DNA of 44,735 bases, from the sequence record PZ166175.1; one strand, given 5' to 3'. Position 1 is the stretch's first letter. Every line of letters begins with the position of its first letter. The position numbers and the translations under genes are program-made. The notes beneath the pieces were generated by a model, which worked only from the letters and a program-made list of their open reading frames with translations, was not told the DNA's origin and made no database searches. This DNA is from a phage. Shown here piece after piece: positions 24,599 to 34,976 of this stretch.

Positions 24599-25533
24599 TG
24601 GCTCAAGGTATATACATAGATCTTAATGATGGAAGGAATCCAATGACAATTACCGCAGGGATGCGAGCCTTGAATTTCGCTGGCAACTTCAACGTTTCTA
24701 GTGGTGGGTTTAGTAAGACTTTCTCAATTCAGGGTAATGAAGGAGCCTCAAGGTTCCTTATCCCTAACAATGGAGCTTACTCATTCGAACTTGATAGAGG
24801 TGTTGAGATTTACTACATAAATGGATTCTCATCAACAGCATCAAGCGGAACGATATCGATTGGCTATGAGAATGGATATCCCGACCGTATAACTCAATTT
24901 TCTGGTACTGTTGTTGAGGTACTAAGAGCATCGACTGGACAAGGTATTTATGTTGCGAATAGTACTGATTTTACCTCGATAACCACCACTGACAGGTTGT
25001 TGGTGTGCAAGTTTGCCCAGAGGATATCTTTCACCAACACATACACACTTCCAATTTATGGGATACCATTTGGAAAGTGGAGCAACCCAGGCGTTTCAGT
25101 TGAATACAACGGTAGCAACCAACTGATATGTACAAACATAAATACTGAAGATACTGGTGATACACCAGGAAGTGTCACTATGGATTTGATTATCTTCCAG
25201 ATGGTCGCTCCAACCCCTGGTCCGGGACTTAACATATTTAATTCAAATGGTGTTTGTACGCTATCGACCGTAACTAGGCCATTGGTTGTTTCTGGATTCA
25301 TAAACCTATCAGGTAGCAATCAGTACATTGGCGAATCTTACTTCCCAATACTCAGATGTGGATTTAACACAAGAGCAATACGAGCATATAAGGAGTTGAG
25401 AAACAAAGGAATCGTAATGAGCAATGGATATGTTAGATCTGGTACGGGCTCAAGGATTGTCAGATACGAGATAGGAAATAGGCCTGACGTAACAATATCA
25501 ACGCCACTTCCTTACCTTCCTGATATGTATTAA
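24598..25533 (+). CDS. hypothetical beta-rich protein (311 aa)
   Basis: ORF track 24589..25533; TAATG overlap with lipoprotein gene; Ser/Thr/Gly/Asn-rich; no signal peptide. Confidence 0.5.
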   Translation: MAQGIYIDLNDGRNPMTITAGMRALNFAGNFNVSSGGFSKTFSIQGNEGASRFLIPNNGAYSFELDRGVEIYYINGFSSTASSGTISIGYENGYPDRITQFSGTVVEVLRASTGQGIYVANSTDFTSITTTDRLLVCKFAQRISFTNTYTLPIYGIPFGKWSNPGVSVEYNGSNQLICTNINTEDTGDTPGSVTMDLIIFQMVAPTPGPGLNIFNSNGVCTLSTVTRPLVVSGFINLSGSNQYIGESYFPILRCGFNTRAIRAYKELRNKGIVMSNGYVRSGTGSRIVRYEIGNRPDVTISTPLPYLPDMY

Positions 25534-25537
25534 ATAT

Positions 25538-25563
25538 AAAGCCCCTTTCGGGGCTTTTGTTTT
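25538..25563. terminator. rho-independent terminator (convergent junction with gpJ-like gene)
   Basis: AGCCCC-tttc-GGGGCT followed by TTTTGTTTT. Confidence 0.6.
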
Positions 25564-28500
25564 AGAAAGTACCTACCACAACTCTTCCTCCTCCAGGCAA
25601 GTTAACCGTTATTCCGTTTCCGTTAATCTGTACCGTATTGTTTATTCCGTTGAAAGCGAATTCACCACTGTTGGCGTACAGTTTACCGCGAATCTCAGCG
25701 TTACCAGACTTATCAATCCTCCAGCCTGTGCTTCCTGCTACGTAGTTGCTGGACTGAATAAAGTTACCAATCTTCGCGTTGCTGATTGAGCCATCACCGA
25801 TTACTGCGCTCTGGATGATTACGTTTCCGTTCTCGACAACGAAGGGGAGTTGCCATTGACCGGAGCCAGAACCAATACCATTACTGATTGCGAATCTGTT
25901 TGCGTCAAAGATGAACTGACTGCGAACATTACCACCAGTGCCAACTAGCTCCATGCTCATGCCGGACGAATAAGTCTGTCCATTGTATTTCAGGCCAAGA
26001 CTAATTCCGTACTGTACGCCAGTTGACGTGGCATTAGAGAAAGCATCCAGTTTCTGGTTTAGTGCCGCCTCGTTATCACCCAATCTTGCTGATAGAGCCG
26101 TGTCTGCAGTAGCCCTTGCTTCTGTCTCGGTGGCTAGCGCCGTCTGAACTTCTGTAATCGATGCTACAACTTCATCATCTATCTGTGCTTTAAGGGCTGT
26201 GAGAGCCTCTACGCGCGCCTGAGTTTCATCGGCTATGAGATTAACAGCCTGAACATATTCAGCCTTACGCTTGCCGTTCTCCTTAGTCATGCGACGAACA
26301 TCAGTGTCATTAGCTAATGCGTTCTCAAGAATTGATTCTGCCTGGTTCTGGATGTCCTGATTCTTTTGAATCGCATTCTGTTCGAGGTATTTGAATCCTT
26401 CTGAGCCTTCAATATCAACCTTGATGTAGTCATTGATAATGTTTTCGTCGTCAGTACTCATGCCTCTTGCGAAACTAGACCAATCAGACGTATTACCTAT
26501 TCTGTCAATCAATCTTGCGCGATACCAGATAACCTTACCTGGCTGAATAGGAGTATGCCAGTATTCATAGGCTGGATAAGGCAGCAACGTCAGCAAGCTT
26601 GCGTTATCAGGATTGTAAGTACCATCGCCATTATCAGGAACCTGCTGAAGCTCAGTGTAAGCAGTATCACCAGAGCCATCAGGGAATCCCCATTTAACAC
26701 GGATGCCAAATACCTCATCTGTTGATGCCGTGATAACAGTAGGCGCTGATGGGCGACCAATCTTGCCAGTTAGTGATACCGTTACAATGTCAGACCAGGC
26801 AGACACGTTTTCAGTATCTGATACGCTGCGAACCCTAACGTCATATATTCCTGCGTAAATACCTTCGATATCAACTTCTGTACTAGCTGTTCTTGGTACG
26901 TTAATCCAGTTACCATTTTCCTTCCTCCACTGAACATTGTAGGTTTTGGCGTATGGTGCCTTATCCCATCCGATAACCATCGTCTCAACCGATAAGCCCT
27001 GAACAACCTTACTGTAGCTTGATACAGTCAAGTTTTCTGGTGGCGATAATCTGTCAGGCTCAACAATTGAAGTTGGTCGGTCGACAATATTTACGCCGTA
27101 GTCAATCTCGTCATACTTGTTAGGGTCATACTCTACTGCGGTAATTGTATACTGGAATGAGTCCGAGCCGTCAGAATCTGCTTTTTGAATCCCGGTCACA
27201 ACGTATTGCTGAAGCGCGAGGTTATCCTTGTCGATTGCGAACACAGTATCAGGTTGAGCTACAAAGCTAAAAGCAGTATTCAGGTTGATGGTTCTACCGT
27301 CTTCCGAAATGCTGGCAATAGTTCTCGCTTCAGGGCTTCCGTCTGGTTTGTTCAGAAGAATTCTGTCACCTGGCGCTGCGTCAACTTTAAACGGGGTAAA
27401 AACCTGCAATCCCTGAACTGATTCAATACGACCGGAAAGGTTTAACTGATAGTTGCTGGACCATGCCGCGTCATTGACCGCAATGACCTCTCCAATCATC
27501 GGAATCATGCCCTCCAACCCAGTGGTGAAGCTGATAGTTTCGCTTCTCAGATTGGTTTTTAGGAGCCATCTGCCGCGTCTGTTTGCTTCACTTCTTCTCG
27601 TACATCCGATTGCCGTGAGATCTACTGGGTTGAATCCGAATCGACGAGTGGCTTCCAGTTCAAATACTGGTTCAACATCCTGCTGATAGTTGTTCTCCAC
27701 ATCATCAAACTGAACGTTTGCCGTAGTGTAAAGGCTCTTATCGCTGGCAAATGTGCGGCTGAATAATCCATTAACGACGTTATCATTCGTGAAGATGTAA
27801 GATGGATTACGAGGTTTGTCGACAACAATACCAATCTTTTCGCCATCGTAGAAAGTTAAGCCACGGAAGATTGAGCAGATATCACGAATTAGTGTGTAGG
27901 CCTCAACTTTATTCTGAACAACCATATCGCACAGGTAGCGCGGCTCCATGCCGCCTTTTCCATCTGGAACCATTTGGTCGCAGAATTGCGCAGCCTCGTA
28001 AAGACCCCACTTATCAATCTCTACACCTAGTTCTCGCTGGTCAAGACCGTAGCGGCGGTTTGTCACTAAGTCATACAGAACCCACGCTGGGTTGTTTGAC
28101 CATGCCATTTTGAATAGGCCATTCCATGTCCCGCTGTAAGTTCTGGTTTCAGGGTCGTAGTTAGTTGGGACCTGAATCAGCTTCCATCTCTTCTTGATTG
28201 AGATTGTCGGGATACCGTTAGGGAATAAGTCAGAGCCAAACTCAACGTAAACCAGAGCCGTAAGCGGATAGCGGAATTTAGCATCTATTACTTCCTGATA
28301 GGTTGTAATTTGCATTCCGTTAACCAGGGTGCTACTTGTTGAATCTGGTGTAATCTTGCGGATGCGAACCAGTGCGCTATCAAATTCAGCCGGAAGGTTC
28401 ACGCGAATGCTTCTGTCGTAACCTGTAGTGGTTTTCCCGTTAGCAACTCCGCGAGTGTATTCCTGGTAAGCCCCGCCATTAACAGACAGGTCAATCGCAT

Positions 28501-28972
28501 ACTCGCAAGTAGTTCCGTTCAGATCGCCATTACTTTCTTGCTTAACCAGCCTGGGCCAATATAGCTTTACACGAATCGCTGATAGCTGAGTATTGTTAAC
28601 CGCAATGATGTAAGGGGTATCGTTCGTGATTTCTCTGGAAGCCTGAATCTCTGAGTTAGCACCATCAAGACCAGCGATATAGTCCTGATACTGCGTGCCA
28701 GCACGGAACTCAGCGCGAACACCCTCGTAGTTGTAGCTACCATCCTGGTTTTGCACTGGAACATCAGCAAGGTATAAATCCTTCATTGAGAAGTTTGAAT
28801 CCACCTCTCCGTCAGCAACAGCAAGCAACACCTTAACCTTGTTAAGTGAAATAAGGTTATCTTCCTGTTCAACTGGTTGATGCTGCTTCTGGCTACCGCC
28901 TTTAGCACCATAAATCTTAATCTCTTCAGCCATATCACAAAGCCTCATGTTTGTTTTGATCATTTGTGCCAT
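25562..28972 (-). CDS. central tail fiber / host specificity protein (lambda gpJ-like)
   Basis: 1136-aa ORF at the distal end of the tail module after gpI/K/L/M-like genes. Confidence 0.7.
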   Translation of the reverse strand: MAQMIKTNMRLCDMAEEIKIYGAKGGSQKQHQPVEQEDNLISLNKVKVLLAVADGEVDSNFSMKDLYLADVPVQNQDGSYNYEGVRAEFRAGTQYQDYIAGLDGANSEIQASREITNDTPYIIAVNNTQLSAIRVKLYWPRLVKQESNGDLNGTTCEYAIDLSVNGGAYQEYTRGVANGKTTTGYDRSIRVNLPAEFDSALVRIRKITPDSTSSTLVNGMQITTYQEVIDAKFRYPLTALVYVEFGSDLFPNGIPTISIKKRWKLIQVPTNYDPETRTYSGTWNGLFKMAWSNNPAWVLYDLVTNRRYGLDQRELGVEIDKWGLYEAAQFCDQMVPDGKGGMEPRYLCDMVVQNKVEAYTLIRDICSIFRGLTFYDGEKIGIVVDKPRNPSYIFTNDNVVNGLFSRTFASDKSLYTTANVQFDDVENNYQQDVEPVFELEATRRFGFNPVDLTAIGCTRRSEANRRGRWLLKTNLRSETISFTTGLEGMIPMIGEVIAVNDAAWSSNYQLNLSGRIESVQGLQVFTPFKVDAAPGDRILLNKPDGSPEARTIASISEDGRTINLNTAFSFVAQPDTVFAIDKDNLALQQYVVTGIQKADSDGSDSFQYTITAVEYDPNKYDEIDYGVNIVDRPTSIVEPDRLSPPENLTVSSYSKVVQGLSVETMVIGWDKAPYAKTYNVQWRKENGNWINVPRTASTEVDIEGIYAGIYDVRVRSVSDTENVSAWSDIVTVSLTGKIGRPSAPTVITASTDEVFGIRVKWGFPDGSGDTAYTELQQVPDNGDGTYNPDNASLLTLLPYPAYEYWHTPIQPGKVIWYRARLIDRIGNTSDWSSFARGMSTDDENIINDYIKVDIEGSEGFKYLEQNAIQKNQDIQNQAESILENALANDTDVRRMTKENGKRKAEYVQAVNLIADETQARVEALTALKAQIDDEVVASITEVQTALATETEARATADTALSARLGDNEAALNQKLDAFSNATSTGVQYGISLGLKYNGQTYSSGMSMELVGTGGNVRSQFIFDANRFAISNGIGSGSGQWQLPFVVENGNVIIQSAVIGDGSISNAKIGNFIQSSNYVAGSTGWRIDKSGNAEIRGKLYANSGEFAFNGINNTVQINGNGITVNLPGGGRVVVGTF

Positions 28973-28980
28973 TCTACACT

Positions 28981-29006
28981 AAATAAAAAACCCGCACTAG
29001 GCGGGT
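28981..29006 (-). terminator. terminator-like hairpin between gpI-like and gpJ-like genes
   Basis: CCCGC-actag-GCGGG followed by T-run in minus sense. Confidence 0.45.
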
Positions 29007-29013
29007 ATGATGT

Positions 29014-29586
29014 TTAAGCAATATCTTCACTATAAGATCCGGCACTAAATACCGAACCGCCAACCGTTCGATAGCCATAAGGTAGGCAAACAGGATAACC
29101 AGCTGCTACAGTGTTTACAGCTGAGCCAAATGCGTAAGAGGCGCGGTTGCTTGTTTGGTTGTCCTGCGTCTTTAATCCAGTTGCTTGAGGTGAAAGTATC
29201 TGGGCAATACCACCTGCTGCCAAAGATACGCCAGCGCCGACAAGATAAATCTGCCCAGAAATGATACCAACCGTGATAAGTGCGGCACCTAAAATTGTCT
29301 GAAACAACCCACCAGACTTTCGGCCTTGAGGGATTGGTAAGATGCGTATCTCCTGAACGGCACTAAAATCAGAGATTCGATGCTCGTTCACATTTTTGCC
29401 ATCAACGAACACGGCGTACCTTGTGTTCTGACCGACATGGCTATTCATGAACTCCTTGAAGGCGGGAATCTGAGAGCAGAGCGCTCGCATTGCTTCGGGA
29501 ACGCTATTCACTGCCATTTGGTGAATCTTTCCAAACTTACGGCCTAGTGATAGGCCCAACTTAATGTCAATCAGTTTCTGGGTCAT
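29014..29586 (-). CDS. tail assembly protein (lambda gpI-like)
   Basis: 190-aa ORF with Gly/Ala-rich hydrophobic C-terminal half; position between gpK-like and gpJ-like. Confidence 0.55.
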   Translation of the reverse strand: MTQKLIDIKLGLSLGRKFGKIHQMAVNSVPEAMRALCSQIPAFKEFMNSHVGQNTRYAVFVDGKNVNEHRISDFSAVQEIRILPIPQGRKSGGLFQTILGAALITVGIISGQIYLVGAGVSLAAGGIAQILSPQATGLKTQDNQTSNRASYAFGSAVNTVAAGYPVCLPYGYRTVGGSVFSAGSYSEDIA

Positions 29587-30325
29587 AAATTACATCCTCT
29601 GGTAAATCCTTGTGGCGAACGATTCGCACAGTGCGCTCGCGCCAGTAATCGGAGTAGACATCAACGGAGCTCATTTTACCATAAAGATGATGAATGAATC
29701 TGTTGTTGCCAATGTAGATTCCGGCGTGGTTTGTCACCTCGCTTTGCACCTGCATCATAATCATTGAGCCAATTGGAATATCTGAAGTTTTTACCAGCTC
29801 AAATCCTTCCTTAATCCAGTTGTCGTCATAGATATTTTCATTGTACCGCCTCTCCCACCACGGGTAATTAACGCGATAGTCATTCAGTTTTACGCCGTAT
29901 TTCTTGTGAAATTCCATGACTAAGCCCCAGCAATCAAAGCTACCAAGACCCCACGGGCGACCAATAAGAGGCATCGTTGATGGTTCAAGTATTCTCATAT
30001 CTCCCTCTGGTATGCTTACGATAACATATGGAATCTCGCACTCATTGCAGCTACAGATATCCGCAGGGCTGGGTCTTGTCGTGGCTCCATCACCTGTGTG
30101 GGAGTGAACCACGTAAACAATAGATTCACTGTGAGCCAAATTAAAGAGAACATCTGCATACTCATTTGAATCAAGAATAAATTCATGCTCTGGGTCCTTG
30201 CTGGCATTGGTGATTCTGTGATATTTCTGGGCTCGTCCCTTCTGCGTGACAACGCCACAGCATTCTTGCGGGTAAACTTCTTTTGCGTGGTGGAAGATTT
30301 GCAGCTTAACTTTTGGTGTTAACAT
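29567..30325 (-). CDS. tail assembly protein (lambda gpK-like, JAB/MPN + NlpC/P60)
   Basis: ORF track 29567..30349, start moved to MLTPKV...; motifs HSH and DCWGLV...H. Confidence 0.65.
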   Translation of the reverse strand: MLTPKVKLQIFHHAKEVYPQECCGVVTQKGRAQKYHRITNASKDPEHEFILDSNEYADVLFNLAHSESIVYVVHSHTGDGATTRPSPADICSCNECEIPYVIVSIPEGDMRILEPSTMPLIGRPWGLGSFDCWGLVMEFHKKYGVKLNDYRVNYPWWERRYNENIYDDNWIKEGFELVKTSDIPIGSMIMMQVQSEVTNHAGIYIGNNRFIHHLYGKMSSVDVYSDYWRERTVRIVRHKDLPEDVIYDPETD

Positions 30326-30383
30326 TTTATCTCCAATAAAAAAGGCCAATCTCTCGATTGACCCAGTTTAACACTAATTTCGT

Positions 30384-30743
30384 TTATTCAAAATAAACCT
30401 CGAAATCTATAAATACTGAAACACCCTTTGATTTAAGCTCCTCAACCTCTATCAAACTATCATCAAAGAATTTCTTAGTAACATCAATCCCATTCATTCG
30501 ATACTTCATCTTGCCATCGTGAGCATCCTTGCGAGGAGTCACTCCCTCTACTCGTGAGAAGTCGTAACAATCATCACAAGTCATGCTGTTAAATTTTACA
30601 ATATTGCCATTCTCATCTTGAGTCTGATAGTGCCTGTTTGAGTCAACAACATTGCAGGTGTAAATGCAGCCAGCAAAAAACAAACCAGCGCACTTTTCTT
30701 TTTCTTTTTTGTATCCGTTAAATTTAATGTAGAACATTTTCAT
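30384..30743 (-). CDS. hypothetical Cys-rich protein, inserted gene inside the tail operon
   Basis: ORF track; own early-type promoter cassette upstream; multiple Cys pairs. Confidence 0.5.
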   Translation of the reverse strand: MKMFYIKFNGYKKEKEKCAGLFFAGCIYTCNVVDSNRHYQTQDENGNIVKFNSMTCDDCYDFSRVEGVTPRKDAHDGKMKYRMNGIDVTKKFFDDSLIEVEELKSKGVSVFIDFEVYFE

Positions 30744-30744
30744 C

Positions 30745-30815
30745 TCCTCTTGTTTCGATATGGTAACTATAACCCATCTTTCAAAATCGCCTTTAGCAAT
30801 TTGTGCTATTTAGCT
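30745..30815 (-). promoter_or_regulatory. early promoter cassette inside the late tail operon
   Basis: minus sense: AAATAGCACAAATTGCTAAAG, 22 nt, TATAGT, TACCATATCGAAAC, AGAGGAG, ATG. Confidence 0.5.
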
Positions 30816-31565
30816 CTGGTTTGCTTTAGCCTGAAGGCTTGCTGCTGCGCATCCACCAAATGAAATCTGATTATTCTCACCAAATCTAAGCTTGCAGCTA
30901 TTTACCGTTCCGGCGCAGAAGTCTAATGAAGGGTCTGATACTGGGTTATCATCCTTGTCAAAGTAACGATTACCAGCGTAGTCGCAACCATTCCCGCTAC
31001 GATACCAGCCACGTGAAGCCCAATAGCAAACAGACTGAACAAGTCTCGCCGGGATATAAATGCCATCCATATCCATCGGGCTACTAAGCTCAAATGATGC
31101 CGTCTTGTAATCAACCTGCCTAGGTCGCTCAATGAAGTAAACAAATCGGCGATAGTCCCCATCAGCAATACTTCCGTCTTCATTAATATTATCGCGCGTA
31201 GTAATCCAGATTGTAACCTTAGCCTTAACCAATCCATTGTAAGTACGTATAAGTGCGCTAATGCGCTGGTCTACGTTTGATACTGTTAGCGTTACTTTGT
31301 TGGCCTTCCCGTCAGAAGTCATATTGATGCCCGATATACCGAAAGGTCTAGGACCATACTCTTCACCGCGAAATGTAATAGTCTTCTCTGGTAGTGGCTC
31401 CCCATTCATTTGAGCCATCATAATCTCTTCTGGCGTGTATGAAATGTTCTCATTGTGGAAGTTGTAAACGAGACTTCCGAAGGAGGTTCCGTCAACCTGG
31501 ATTAGTGTCACAATCTCGCCAGGGAAAAGGCTTTGCAACTGATTTTCAAACTTTGAACTTAACAT
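30810..31565 (-). CDS. minor tail protein (lambda gpL-like)
   Basis: ORF track 30810..31577, start moved to MLSSKF... after TTGGAGAAA; C-terminal Cys cluster. Confidence 0.6.
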   Translation of the reverse strand: MLSSKFENQLQSLFPGEIVTLIQVDGTSFGSLVYNFHNENISYTPEEIMMAQMNGEPLPEKTITFRGEEYGPRPFGISGINMTSDGKANKVTLTVSNVDQRISALIRTYNGLVKAKVTIWITTRDNINEDGSIADGDYRRFVYFIERPRQVDYKTASFELSSPMDMDGIYIPARLVQSVCYWASRGWYRSGNGCDYAGNRYFDKDDNPVSDPSLDFCAGTVNSCKLRFGENNQISFGGCAAASLQAKANQS

Positions 31566-31577
31566 ATATTTCTCCAA

Positions 31578-31599
31578 TAAAAAAGCCCCTAATGGGGCT
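31578..31599 (-). terminator. terminator-like hairpin between gpM-like and gpL-like genes
   Basis: AGCCCC-atta-GGGGCT followed by TTTTTTATT in minus sense. Confidence 0.5.
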
Positions 31600-31603
31600 T
31601 AGT

Positions 31604-31954
31604 TTAACGCATTGAGCTAAAAACTTCTACGAATTGCATGCTCACAGTCTGAACTTCCTTGCTGAGCGGAGTGACGCTAATGCTATCCTGCTGAATCACG
31701 AACATGGATGTATCACCCTGCGGAGTTGTCCAGAAGAATGGAGTAATGATGTGGTTGAAGCAAAAAACCATCACATCTCTCCAGTCCTTGTTAGTGTATG
31801 TCATCTGGTAGCTTCTAGTGTTACTACGATATCCACCCGTACCCCTTTGGGTGTAACCATTGCCGAAGCTAACAATTCGCACGTTGTTCGTATTACTGAA
31901 TGAAGCTGAGCCACCCTGTATTTGAGTACACCAGTTGAAAGTATCAATAGCCAT
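31604..31954 (-). CDS. minor tail protein (lambda gpM-like)
   Basis: 116-aa ORF directly downstream of tape measure gene. Confidence 0.55.
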   Translation of the reverse strand: MAIDTFNWCTQIQGGSASFSNTNNVRIVSFGNGYTQRGTGGYRSNTRSYQMTYTNKDWRDVMVFCFNHIITPFFWTTPQGDTSMFVIQQDSISVTPLSKEVQTVSMQFVEVFSSMR

Positions 31955-31965
31955 AAAAATCCTTA

Positions 31966-31984
31966 GGGGCCTAAGCCCCGTTAA
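31966..31984 (-). repeat. conserved 19-nt hairpin element GGGGCCTAAGCCCCGTTAA, copy 2
   Basis: identical to 21700..21718; between tape measure stop and gpM-like RBS. Confidence 0.7.
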
Positions 31985-34963
31985 TTAGTTAAATCCGCGA
32001 AGGTACTGATAAGCTTTCCCACCCTGCTGGAAGGACTGAGCAATCTCTTCCGCTACGATGGCCTTGACGCCATTCTGCAATGCCTTGGCTTGCTCTGGGT
32101 CGCTACCGACACCTGAGTTTACGTTAACAGTGATGCCGCTAACATTAACATCCGAACCAACAGAAACCAAGCCGCCATTTGCATAACCAGATGGACCACC
32201 TACAGCGCCGCCGTTTGCATACCCCTTCATTAGCGCGTAAAGGTTTTTCACACCGATTCGGCTTGTAGCTTCTTTTGTGAATACAAACTCACCACGGTGC
32301 ACAGTGCCTGCTGGCTGGTACTTACCGCCGTCACCAGTGTAACCGCCACCGGCGAAACCTATAGCAGACGCAAAAGAGCCAAACGCATTACCTCCACCAC
32401 CACCAAAGCTAGTCAATGTTGACTCGATGGCCTTAACCAAAAGTAACTGAGTTGCAATCTTCGCAATCATTTTGAGGATGCTTGCTGTGAACTCCCTAAA
32501 ATTGGTCTCACCAGTGGTTACAAGGTTTGTAATTTGCTCTGTAATCCCTTCGAATGCCGCAACTGTCAAGTCCTTAGCAATCTTGTTGTAGTCTGTATAT
32601 TTATCAGTCAAGTCTGCAAGCGTTGATGTTACGCCAGCTTGCCAATCAGACCTAAGATTATCTTCCTGCTTGTAGTATTCCTTTCTTGCATCTAGTAACT
32701 GCTGAAAATCAACATCATCGACAGAACCACCAGCATTAACCTGATTGGATTGAAGTGCCTGAATTTCCTTAGCTCTTTGCTGCTCGCGAGATGATAATCC
32801 AGCCCCCAAATTAATATTGCTTGCTTCATTGTTAATCTGAATAATCTTCTTGCGGTTATCTTCAGCTAGCTTATTGGCTCTCTCCTGCAAAACAATCTGA
32901 TCACCTAGCTCAGCCTTCTGCCTGGATAACTCAAGAACCTTATCCTTTTCAATGAGAAGTCTTGCTTGCTCTTTTTTTATTGAGCCATCACGCTGTCTTT
33001 GCTCAAGAATCTGGAATTTTGCAACCTCCTGAAGATACTGCTTGCGCTCATTGCTTATTACTGAGCCAATATCCCTGTTTTCCTGAAGCACCTTGAGTTG
33101 TGCCTGTAGTGCAAGCACGCCAGATTCGTAACCAATTGTAAGGTCTCTTTGCTCTTTAACCCTACCATTTTCTTCTTTCCTGTTCTTCTTGATCGCATCA
33201 AGTTCATCCTGAAGCGCTTTCTTCCTTTTTGAAAACTCCTCATCCGTGCCTGACTGCTCATTGGTATTCTGATTTTCTCTGCGAGTAACGTAACCAAGTT
33301 CTCCTTCTCTGATTCTGGCATCGCGCTCCTTGATGGACTTCTCTAGCTCAAGGTTTTGCTTCTTAGCGGCATCGATAATCTTCTGCTGTCCCTTTATAAC
33401 ATCATCACCAACACCATCAAGGCCGGGGATGTTCTGCAATGCCTGTGTTGCGCTAATTACGAATTCACCAATCAGCACATCACCCTGGTTAATGAAGACC
33501 CTGATTTGCTCAATTGTTCCGGCAATTACGTCAACAAACAGGTTCAGCGCCCCAACCGTTCTACGACTAATTGCATCCCAGATATCAGAGATGTACTTCT
33601 TAAAGTCATTCCATGCCAATTCAAGTGGTGTCAATTGAGCTGCTATGTCGTTAAGGTTGGCTTCCTGCGACTTGCTGAAAATATCAATCGCGGCGGTAAC
33701 AGCCTCAACCTCTCCCTTTGTCTTTCTCAGGTTTTCGATTGTCGTCAACTGCCCCTGCGTGAGGAAGTTAAAGCGCTTATCCAAATCAACTAAACCCTGG
33801 ATTGGGTCGCTTGCAATCTGGTTATAGTAACCAGTAATCTCCTTCGCATCCTTACCTGTCAACTGCGCCCATCTGGCGGTTGATTTGGTAATCTTGTCAA
33901 TCTGCGTCAGCGTAAGGTTCCCTTGCTCAATAAGGCTTGTTGCGATGCTAGTCACAAGTCCTCTGGTGGCACCAGTAGCATCAGAAACAGAGCTAACCAA
34001 CTCTCTAACCTGCGAGATTGATGCGATTGTGGAGTTGTTTGAGAACACAATGGCAGAATTTAATGCTCTGAATTCACTCTCTGCCTGAGCGGCACCGATA
34101 CCGAGAGCAACAAGTGCCCCACCCAAAACGCCAACAGCAACATTGAATGGATTTAAGGCTTCGAGCGCGAATCTAAAGGTGTTACCAATACCTCCAAATG
34201 CATCCTTAATTTGTCCGCCTTGCTGAATTGCAATAAGCCAAATCGGAATGCCGCCAGCAAGTGATGTCCCAATATCTGTAATCTGCGCTGGCAATTGAGA
34301 GATTGCAGCCTTGTATTGACCCGCGCTTAAGCCAGAGCGTCGAAAGGCCTTGCTCTGAGCAATTAGCTGGGTGTTTGCCTTCTGTGATGCATCGGCGATT
34401 CTGTCAATAATAGGCGCTGCCTGAGAACTTACGCCAAGCTGAGCAGCCTGTAATTTTAAGTACTCCTCACGCGTCAATGTTGCCGCTTGAGCCTGTCGCT
34501 CAAGTGACTCAATGAACCTGTCAGCTTCAGCCTTCGCTTTTGCCTTATCCTTTGCGGCTTGAGCTGCTGCCCTACCCTCCTCAGTTAGCGCCGCACGTGA
34601 GCGAGCAAGCTTTGCGTTCTGCGTTTCAAGCGCCTCACCTAATCGGAAAAACTCCTCATCAGGAACCACGCCAGCCGCGAAAGCCTTATCCAGACCTACA
34701 GCAGCCTCCTGGAGTTTACGGAACTTTGCCGCAGTTGGATCAATAGCAGTTTGCAATTTAGCTAAAGATGCTTGTTGCTCAGCAAGTGCGCGAGCGGTAT
34801 CTCTAGCCTGGTTTTTAGCAACCTGCTCAGCGTTGACGAACTCACTAATACCGGAAGCGGCTTGCTGGTTTGCCTGCCTGAACTTCTGTAGTGATTGAGT
34901 GCCCCTGTCTACTTGCGCGACGTCTACGGCTAGTGTTATTCCGGCTAATTCATTTGTTGCCAT
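31985..34963 (-). CDS. tail tape measure protein
   Basis: 992-aa ORF, Ala/Gln-rich coiled-coil composition; downstream of G/T-like chaperone pair. Confidence 0.8.
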   Translation of the reverse strand: MATNELAGITLAVDVAQVDRGTQSLQKFRQANQQAASGISEFVNAEQVAKNQARDTARALAEQQASLAKLQTAIDPTAAKFRKLQEAAVGLDKAFAAGVVPDEEFFRLGEALETQNAKLARSRAALTEEGRAAAQAAKDKAKAKAEADRFIESLERQAQAATLTREEYLKLQAAQLGVSSQAAPIIDRIADASQKANTQLIAQSKAFRRSGLSAGQYKAAISQLPAQITDIGTSLAGGIPIWLIAIQQGGQIKDAFGGIGNTFRFALEALNPFNVAVGVLGGALVALGIGAAQAESEFRALNSAIVFSNNSTIASISQVRELVSSVSDATGATRGLVTSIATSLIEQGNLTLTQIDKITKSTARWAQLTGKDAKEITGYYNQIASDPIQGLVDLDKRFNFLTQGQLTTIENLRKTKGEVEAVTAAIDIFSKSQEANLNDIAAQLTPLELAWNDFKKYISDIWDAISRRTVGALNLFVDVIAGTIEQIRVFINQGDVLIGEFVISATQALQNIPGLDGVGDDVIKGQQKIIDAAKKQNLELEKSIKERDARIREGELGYVTRRENQNTNEQSGTDEEFSKRKKALQDELDAIKKNRKEENGRVKEQRDLTIGYESGVLALQAQLKVLQENRDIGSVISNERKQYLQEVAKFQILEQRQRDGSIKKEQARLLIEKDKVLELSRQKAELGDQIVLQERANKLAEDNRKKIIQINNEASNINLGAGLSSREQQRAKEIQALQSNQVNAGGSVDDVDFQQLLDARKEYYKQEDNLRSDWQAGVTSTLADLTDKYTDYNKIAKDLTVAAFEGITEQITNLVTTGETNFREFTASILKMIAKIATQLLLVKAIESTLTSFGGGGGNAFGSFASAIGFAGGGYTGDGGKYQPAGTVHRGEFVFTKEATSRIGVKNLYALMKGYANGGAVGGPSGYANGGLVSVGSDVNVSGITVNVNSGVGSDPEQAKALQNGVKAIVAEEIAQSFQQGGKAYQYLRGFN

Positions 34964-34976
34964 CTAAGCCTCCATA

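Noticed and set aside
33330-34088. Several plus-strand ORFs (33330..33638, 33356..33793, 33645..33827, 33885..34088) inside the tape measure gene
   Set aside because: All antisense to the 992-aa tape measure ORF; low-complexity translations; no start context.
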